A DNA stretch of 64,000 nucleotides from Camelus ferus (lineage: Eukaryota), in the NCBI RefSeq assembly GCF_009834535.1, contig NC_045697.1, positions 74,588,001 through 74,652,000 on the forward strand. The letters run 5' to 3'. The translations under genes were made by a program, and so were the position numbers. Shown here piece by piece: positions 54,704 to 64,000 of this stretch (its first letter is position 1; every line of letters starts with the position of its first letter). Below the pieces are notes generated by a model, which was given only the letters and a program-made list of their open reading frames with translations, ran no database searches and was not told the DNA's origin.

Positions 54704-55584
54704 TTATTCAAAAATGACTTAAACAAACAAAAATAATTTAAAAGGTCCATTGGATCCAGAGGGTAAAATGGTTAATTTTCTTTCCCTTGTATACCGAAGG
54801 TTAAATTAGTTACATCTTTTGCAAGTAATGATTTCCCTAATACTAAAAAAAATAAAAAATAAAAATATTAAAAAGTAATTGACTTACAAAATAAATTACT
54901 GAACTGAAAAACTATAAAGTAGAAATTAATAATAAAATTACTTGGACAATTTAATGTTTCTGAAATCCACATTATCATTTTTGGGAATGATCAGCTATAC
55001 AACCAGAGTACTTTCAATTAACTCACTGAGTACTAAAAAAAACTTTTAGAAGTTTTCAAACAATTAATTTATTTTAAGTAAAAGGCTACAAAGCATGCTA
55101 TGCAGTATGCAGCACTTTAAAGGAGACAGAAAAGTACCTTAAAACCAAGCAAATAAAAAAGGTTAAAATTTAAAATGGTGAATGGCAATCTTACCAACTC
55201 AAACAAGACTTTTTCGTTGTTAACATTATATTTCCTCCACCAAAGTAGTTGTTAACTGATGCATTGAAATAATATATCCATTATAGTTTGCCATAAAATG
55301 CTTTTCTAAATGTAAATCATACTAATATAACCAAAGAAATAGTGCAACGTGATCAGATTCTAATAAGTAAAATAAGAAACCAATAATGGTGTTGAACAGT
55401 ATGTACATATTAACTCATTTAATCATCACAATAATCTTATGAGGTAAGATTTATTATAATCAACATTAACAGTAAGGAGACTGTGGATAAGAGAAACTAA
55501 CTCAAGTATTCAGTTAGTAAGTTGAAGAATCAGGATTAGATCCCTGGCCCACTGACACCAGTGTCTGAGTGCTTATTCTTAATA

Positions 55585-56799
55585 CCAGTCACAGACTCCT
55601 GGGGATTGTCAAGGCCCTTCAGGGCCCCAAAATTCAAAGCTATTTTCATAACAATACTAAGATGTTTCTGCTCTTCTTTACTATGTTAACATTTGTGGTA
55701 ATGGTGTAAAACCGCTGGTGGATAAACCTGCTGGCACAAATCAAGGTACTGGCACTAAAGAATAATAGTTATACTCTTATAAAGGAGTAAAAATGATTAA
55801 TTTTGTTAAATATCTTTTTAAATGTTCCATGAGACAAAATGGGAAGTATGCATAAAGCACTTGCACTGCATACTGAAGTACAAAGACTGTCTTGAGAAAA
55901 AGCATTTGGACAATTGTTTGAACTGTGAGTCAGTGCAGTGCTTTTTAAAAAGAAATGTCACTTTTTACTTGAAAGAATGACATAAAAACAGTATTTTGTT
56001 TTCAGGCTTGGATATTTGGCAGACATTTCTTAAAAATGAATTGAGTCTGAAACTTCAAGAAAAAATTCTAGCTGTCAGGTGAAGATTAGAATTTTAGAAA
56101 ACTTGTATTTGCCCCTATGAGCCTGGCAGTTCCCCAATATTTAATGACTTTTTGGATGAGATCAGTGGCACTATTAATGAATGTGATTTTTTGATATTGT
56201 ATAATGAAATGTTTCATAGTTGAAAGATCCGCATAATTCAGCACATCAATACTTTCCAAATGAGCAGTGCATGACATTGCAAAATCACGTATAGGTAAAA
56301 GAGCCATGCAAAGTGCAAGACAGACTGATGGATTTGATTATAACAGAGTAAAGCTCACTGATACAGCTTTAGATTATACACTGCAATTAAACTTTAAGAA
56401 ACTACCACTGTCTGAAAAGGCCCTTTGCCATTACACACCTTTGTAGGGCCACCAGATTTTCTTCATGTACTTCAACTGAAACAATGTATTGCAACAGAAT
56501 TGAATTTAGAAGCAGACATGAGAATCTAGCTTTTCTCTATTAAATAGAAATTGCAAAAATATAAAACAATACCATTTTTCAATTTTTTTGTTTCAAAAAA
56601 CACTTAGTTTTCAGAAAAACGTTATTTTGTTAACATCCAATGGTATTATTATTGTCATTTTTAAATAAATTAATACATAATTTTTTAAAATGTCTCAGCA
56701 AATATCGATAGCTATAACACACATAAAAACTCTTTGGGATACTTGATAATTTTTTAAAATGTAAAGAGGTCCTGAGACTAGAAAGTTTAAGAACTGCTG
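55585..56799. mobile_element. Charlie1-like hAT DNA transposon remnant
   Basis: aagctattttcataacaatactaaga, cacttgcactgcatactgaagtac, ggatatttggcagacattt, end aaagaggtcctgagactagaaagtttaagaactgctg. Confidence 0.75.
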
Positions 56800-56816
56800 C
56801 ATCATGCTATACTTCC

Positions 56817-57186
56817 TTTTTTTTTAAATTGAAGTATAGTTGATTTACAATATTGTGTTAGGTTCAGGTGTACAGCATAGTTATTCCATTTTCTTTCAGA
56901 TTATATTCTATTATAGGTTATTACAAGATATTGGGTTTAATTCCCTGTACTATGCAGTAAATTCTGTTGTTTATCTATTTTATGTACAGTACTTTGCATC
57001 TATTAATCCCATACTCCTAATTTGTCCTGGACCTGCGCCCTCTTCCCTTTGGTAACCATAAGTTTGTTTTCTATGTCTGTGAGTCTGTTTCTGTTTTGTA
57101 TATAGCTTCATTTATATTATTTTTTAGATTCCACATATAAGTGACATAGTATTTGTCTTTCTCTGTCTGACTTACTGACTAAGCAT
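56817..57186 (-). mobile_element. L1 3' end, sense to TBCK
   Basis: T-tail then aattgaagtatagttgatttacaat...ggtaaccataagtttgttttctatgtctgtgagtctg...tagattccacatataagtga. Confidence 0.9.
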
Positions 57187-60154
57187 ATATTTCTTTTTAC
57201 TTCTCTCAACCAGTATAAGAATACATTAGATTGAAAACAGAGTAAGGATTTACTAAATAGGGAAACTTGCTGGATACTTAACTGGTGTGCATGTGTTCTT
57301 AGCAAGAAAGTACCAAAATATTACTTTGCCAGTATCGATGGAATTAATAAGTCTTTGGTTTCTAAGATATGAGTCCTTTCTGAAAGGTAACTAAGCTCTA
57401 TTGTGAGAAAGAGAGCTCAATAAGCTTTTTGTATTCAAGGACCTTAAAAAATCCAAGGTCAGTAGAATGGAGTTAGGACTAATGTAAGGGAAAACAGCAG
57501 CCAGAGGACACACCCTAGCACTCCACAGATGTACAAGAAGAGGTTAGCAGGGGCTCTTGTTATAGGAGATTCTAAATAAGGTGCACTTTCCTGATTTACC
57601 CCGTAATAACATCTTGGTAAAAATCTAAAAAGCTCACTGTCAGTATACTGTCTCCTTTTTAGATTAAAACCTAAAATTTCTTTATATAATAGTAACAACA
57701 TGAAGGCCAGGAATGAACGAAGGAACAAATGAACAAACAAAACAAATGCATAAATATTTCTAAGAAATCCTTTCACATTTTCTGTAAATATAAACTCAGA
57801 TAAACATAAATTTTGAAAATGATAGGGATAAACTTTTAGGAAAGGAGAAAATCAGTAGTAGTATAAGCATCCATCAGGATGGTAGTTGAACGACAATGGC
57901 TTTGCCAGCATATTTGCTTATCATTGAATTTGTTAGCTTTATCTTTAGTAGTGACAGTAGGTTCAAAAGGCACAAATACTGAGATACAGCCCTTATCATT
58001 TCTCTTTCTGGCCACCTGACAACTTTTCAAATTTGCAAGCTGAATGCTATTCATAGCATTTCAGAAAAATAGTTTCCTTAACAATGAAGGAGCGTACTTT
58101 CCTGTTCTCATTTTAAAAGCCTGTATATTTTCAGAAGCAGAAACATACACCAAGACAAAAATGATAGAAATCACTCTGGCCCCAATTTTGCCAAATACAC
58201 ATTACTCACCCCATTTATATGTAAATCACATAGCTACCATGATATATATAATCTAAGCATCACATCAGTGCAGAATATTCCTAACTATTCAAGCTTCAGC
58301 AATGCTTAGTATTCAGAGTTCTGTGACCCACGGCAAATGGAAAGGAGCCAGAAATCACAATCTTTCCTGCAATGGGAACCTACATTTTAATGATGGAAGA
58401 TTAATGAGGGCTTATTTTGATAGGATTAGTTATTGAGCAGCAAACTCAGTTTGGGATCTCATTACCAAAGTGCCCATCTTTGTCCTTGATGAGTCCTACT
58501 AGCCTTATTGTTGTTGGAAATGTAGAAAGTCACTTAAACAACTGTCTTAAAGGTAGAACACTGAAGGCAATCATTTGAAAGAAAAAAAAAAAAAAAAGGA
58601 AAGACTGCACATACAAACTAATGACATACATCTAAAAATATGTGATTATTAATGGAAGAAAAATGTCAGAAAAATTCTCCATTTCATCTCAACTCTCCCA
58701 CCATTATTCATTGTCAATAATCTCTATGTTAAAAACATCAACTCTGTTTTCAAAATTAAATTTAAAAACAGTTTCAACATTTTCATATTATCTAAAGACC
58801 TGAGAAATAGGCCAAAAAACCCCCGACAATAAACAGAAAAACAGGACTAAAGTTTTTAAAAAATAATTTCCCTATTAAAAATTAAACTCTGTTAAATACC
58901 TTTTATTTTTGCCCTTTCTCTGTGATAAAATATAGCGTAGAAAAGGGAATTTTCTCCAGGTTAAGATGTATTCTCTTTCCCCTCCCTTCTCTTTGTTAAT
59001 TCTAGGATTCTCAACAGTGACATAACTGTACCCTAGAGGATGTTTGGAAATAAATATAGAGTGATTGTCCAGAAATACAAGTAAGCATTTTATTGTCACA
59101 ATGATCAGGAGATTATTACAGGCAATCACTAGCTGGCAGCCAAGGATGCTCAGCATTTGCCACAAACTTGATGTTCTTATCCTACAAGGAACTGTCCCTC
59201 GACCCATATGATGCATGGATGTCTCATAAGACTATCACACTATATATGTAAATGAATATTACTTTCACATAACTAGTATTAAAGTTTTTACAAGAAGTTA
59301 TTCAAAAGTGCCCCAGTAATTACAGGAGGGAATCATAATGGAGAGGGAAGCATAAATAGAACAAAAATATTATATCAAAATTATTGAATTATTGAATAAT
59401 TAGCTTACCCAACATAGCAACACATTTAACAAATAGTAATGTACCATTCACTCAGATTTAACTAACATTAACATTTTACCACAAATGCTTTGAAAATTTT
59501 TTAAATCAAAATAGTATATTATCAATAGAGTAAAAAGTCCTTTTCTACCATTCCTTAATTTTAATTCTCTTTTTTAAATACTATATTTTGTACTTTCTAT
59601 AATCTCTGCAAGAACTCCTTCCTGGATGGAAATTATAAATATGACATTTCATATTTACATCTTCTAAGTCAATTTAGAACTTATTTTTATGTATGGTGTG
59701 AAGTTGGAGTTGATACTCAATTGTATGAGGACCATTTATTCAATAATCATTACTTTTCAAATTGATTTATAAAGCCACCTCTGTCACATACCAAATTCCA
59801 TATCTGGGTGGGCCTGTTTTGTGGTTTCTGTTTTACTAGCTTATATTAATATATCACTGCATTAGTTTTCTTTAGGTTAATATTACCTGATATATGCTTT
59901 TTAAAAAATCTCCTTTTGACCAATATCCTTACATTTTTATGTTTATCTCTTATAAATAGCATATAGATAGATCTTTAAAATTATTGAAAAATGTCCTTTA
60001 TTAGGCAATCTACTTAGCCTATACTTTCTATGTTTTTAGAGGGTTGGTTGATTTTCCTTCGTTCCATAACCCTCCTTTCTATTTAAAAGTGATACATTCT
60101 CTTTCTGTTCTTTCAGTGATTACCACTAAAATTTTAACATGCATTCTTGTACTT

Positions 60155-60625
60155 ACACATTTCTTGTGAGCAGAGATACTAACTGCCCTCTGTTTTGGAT
60201 TATATTTTCAAATATGTTTGTATAAAAATAGCCTTGGTAAATAGAGATAGAGTCTCTTTTTGCAGCAATACACAGGTTTTCTAATACTCCTGGAAGAAAA
60301 AGATAGTCTCTCTCCAGGGTAAAGGGAAGATACTTATTTACCATAAAAAAAAAATTCAAGTTTCCTAAACTCAGAGTTCCTCTCCTATAATGCAATCCAC
60401 TGTATATGCAGGTATCATCCGGACCCTCTGTGTTGTTTCTATGGGATTTGGAAGCAAGGAAAATCAAGACAAATACGCTAATGCTCATGCTGCTTGCTGT
60501 GCTGTGAGTGATAAAGTCCTTTGTCTCTGACACAGGAGTGCTGGGTTTTCTGCTAGTATCCATGAAACAGTAACAGGCTCATTTATTAGCTTTTAAGTAG
60601 GGTAAAATCAAATCTCAGACCTGAA
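60155..60625 (+). mobile_element. ERV1 LTR (MER89/MER90-like)
   Basis: atagccttggtaaatagagatagagtctc...gataaagtcctttgtctctgacacaggagt...gtagggtaaaatc...tctcagacc. Confidence 0.6.
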
Positions 60626-61649
60626 AGGATCCCTGAATTGATCTTTAAATATAACGAGCATATTTATTTTACCCTCAAATAATGCAAAATCGTCAGAGCA
60701 CTTTCAAGTTGAAATCCCACTGACTCTCATGTTTCATGTTATTGTTAGCCAGAATTTTATCTTTATCTTGCTATTAGCCTTTCCAAAACTGATTTTATGT
60801 ATTAACATTCAATAGTCATTGCTTAACAGATTTCAAAATTGTGAGGATTAGATGAGTGTTTAAAGAGGGTTAGAGCAGGGCTTGGTACACAGTAAGTACT
60901 TAATATATGTTCACATTATTATGTTTTAACAATTTTTTTTGCTTGCCACTTCTCGTATACCATACTTCAGAGTTTAATTTTTCTGGTTAACCAAAGCAAA
61001 GATAAATTATTTTTCCTTTTGTGATTTTTAAAATACCGTCTATGTTTATGAATATGTCTAAGGATTTTATCAGACTATCTTTATATTCCATACATATTTT
61101 TCTACATAAATGATTTTTGTCAGTCTAAAGCACTGACTAAACTAATGCAGTTTTGTTTAGCCACTGAACATAATTAGGTGCTTTCAAGAGAATTTTTTGA
61201 AAATAACTATCCCTTTTTTTAGTCTGTATCTCGGTACTTTATCCTCAAAAATCAAACACCATTACCAACTTGGCAATCAGATCCCCTATAATTTCTTCAA
61301 CTCTAGCCATAACATTTAATCTAGTATTGTCTTGTGTTATGTATCACATTTATAATGTGAAGCAAGAAAGGAGGGGTTGAATAAAAATGAATACTTAATA
61401 TGATATCTATATTGGTTAATTTTTCACAAGGTTTTTTTTTTTAATCTCTATCCATAATTACAAGGCGTGTTCTTATTTTATTTCTATTTGTTCTATGCTT
61501 TGTATATTTTTTGAGAGCCCTCATTAGATAAGTCATGTATTCAAATAAAAGGTATGTCTTCATAGGTCCTAAAAGTAAATGACATTATATACGTCAAGGA
61601 TGGCAGGATGTCTACTCAGGCCTGATGATTATGTCACAGAGAGATACAG

Positions 61650-61930
61650 TGCAACACAAAGAGCAATGAACTAGAAATAAGTACACCTACATTTCATTCT
61701 CTTTTCTTCCACTGGAAGACGAATCAGAATGGGGGCCAGAGGTTCTCAAATGATATAAGTTAACATACTAGTTCTGAGATTATTTAGTTTTGTTACCTTT
61801 CCAAACACTGAATTTCTTATCTATTAAAAGCTGAAATTATCTGCTTCATACACCTTACAGATTTGTTTTGAGAATCAAATGAAATGTTTATGAAAGTACT
61901 TTTAAACTTCAAAGCACCCTGCAAGTATTC
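61650..61930 (+). mobile_element. MIR SINE remnant
   Basis: ctgaatttcttatctattaaaa...taccttacagatttgttttgagaatcaaatgaaa...tatgaaagtactttt. Confidence 0.65.
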
Positions 61931-62632
61931 ATACCATAAATGTTATTGTTAACACTTTAAATGTATTAGTAGTTTTAATATAAACATTTTTCACCTCAAT
62001 CTTACCATCAACATACTGTTTCTGGATATGTCTTAAAAGGAAAGGCATAATCAGGAAACAAAGAAGGTTAAGATGGAATAAGGAGACTGCTATCTCAAAA
62101 AGGGTTTTGCTTTTTTTTTTTTTTTTTTCAGGTTTACAACAACCAATGATACTGTATTCCAATCACCTTTTTAAAAAGATGTTTGACTCCATGTCACATA
62201 ATACCAATGAGCAACAGGCTAAGCTATACCCTGGCTAACTTTTGAGAGTCAACTATGACTTTTGATTTTATATGAAATTACCAGAAAAGTAATGAAGTAA
62301 GTCAAAATCTGACAGAGCTTCCAAGGCAATATATCAAGCAAAACACAGAAGCAGCTACTTAAGAACTCACTACATTCAAATTTCCTACTTCTTCAAAAAC
62401 AACCCTGAATATCATAAAATCCAAGTGAAAACCACTGATGGCACAATTTAATACAACACTAATACTAACAGGTTTTTCAAAGTAATTTGATAGTACCAGG
62501 AAAAATAAGATACTTTCCCTTTACTTATCGTGAGAATGTAAGAGGTAACCATCCAAACTATATAACAGAAGGCTACAATTAGTAGCAGGAACTTGTTTAG
62601 ATACATGGATTTCTTATGACAACAAAATTTTA

Positions 62633-62854
<222 letters not shown>

Positions 62855-64000
62855 TTAAATCCACATAAATTACTATTTTATTTACATTTTGAATGAGATT
62901 TAGTTCCCCTGTGAAGAAAACATACTTGAATAGGTAATTTCTGTTTTGTTACCACTTTAACTACTTATAGCTAATTATTAAACAAACATAAAAAGCTATG
63001 CCACAACTTATTTTCTACCTTCAGAGCTGTCAGTTCATTTCTTGAATCACAAATTATTCACATGATGCATGATGTTTTCCTATTAAATTCAACAAATATA
63101 TTTTCTCTAGTGATAGTAAATCTGCCTCGCATTTATTATTTGTTCAAAAAGTGTAAGATACTTAAATAAGGAACAACACAGCCACAAATAGAATAATTAT
63201 GCCTCAAATTTGTTTATATATACAGATATAGGCCGTTGTTCCAGTTCTAATTTATTGCCATCCAACTCTGCATTTGGCATATTTAGGAATAAGAATTAAC
63301 ATCATGTTAATCCAAAAATAGGCACACAGTAGGCAATTAAAATATCTGCTGTTGACTCTAATCCTATTCTAATTCATAGGATTTAGTTGGAATATGAGGA
63401 GTACTTCCTATTTTTTCCATTATTTCCACAAATTACTATCCTTGCCAATTTACATACTATGTACTAATTTAAACAAGATATAGGCAACAATCAACTCAAG
63501 GGCAAGTGACCATCACATTTTTACTAATTAAAAACACAAAATTATCACGTATTTCAAAGAGCTTAACTTTTTTTTCTTTTTGATATTGAAATGACAATAA
63601 CTCAAGAAAGTTTTCCCTTAATAACCTCAATTTCTTCTTTCAATAACATAACAGATTTATTTATCAAACCAATTATTTGGTGAAAATAACCTCTAAAAAT
63701 AATGTCTGCTTTTCTTATTTAGTTTTCAAAGTTCTTTATTTTTAACATTTCAAGAAATGGTACAAAATCCTCAACAATCTGTTAGTGTAAATAGCCTTCC
63801 TCCTTCTCTCAATTAAAACTTTGCTTCTAATGGACAGAATGTATTTTATAATTATTTGCTTATAAGCAACATCACATATTTTACAAAGAGAAGCATCAAG
63901 GCCAAAAAGAAAAGACAAGGAGGTGCTGTATTCAATACCCTGATAAAGTTTTATTCCAGATGAAACGTGAGCTTTTACCCACAGGGTGCTGGATAAAGAA

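Noticed and set aside
57459..57776. 105-aa minus-strand ORF with hydrophobic ends
   Set aside because: Hydrophobicity is expected from T-rich DNA; no recognisable family or supporting gene structure
60153..60563. 136-aa minus-strand ORF
   Set aside because: Lies antisense within an LTR remnant

Overview
AT-rich, CpG-depleted mammalian genomic DNA, most likely from a camelid (a tRNA-Ala-derived Vic-1-type SINE is present). The whole window lies inside the TBCK gene (TBC1 domain-containing kinase) on the minus strand. I read five coding exons directly (62793-62708, 47073-47037, 46029-45868, 31421-31246, 2598-2423; 637 nt, phases consistent, no stops). They encode the end of the TBC domain, the linker and the start of the rhodanese domain, and probably correspond to human exons 20-24 (numbering from memory). 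The rest is intron filled with L1, L2, MIR, MaLR/ERV LTR and hAT remnants plus microsatellites. The best-supported notable feature is a U12 (minor spliceosome) donor, GTATCCTTT, exactly at the end of the last exon. Other points worth a look: two LTR-element copies that look like polyadenylated transcripts inserted by L1, an apparently internally primed L1, nested insertions, and speculative cryptic or recursive splice sites. I found no evidence for a new multi-gene system. Repeat family names come from recalled consensus sequences and repeat boundaries are approximate.
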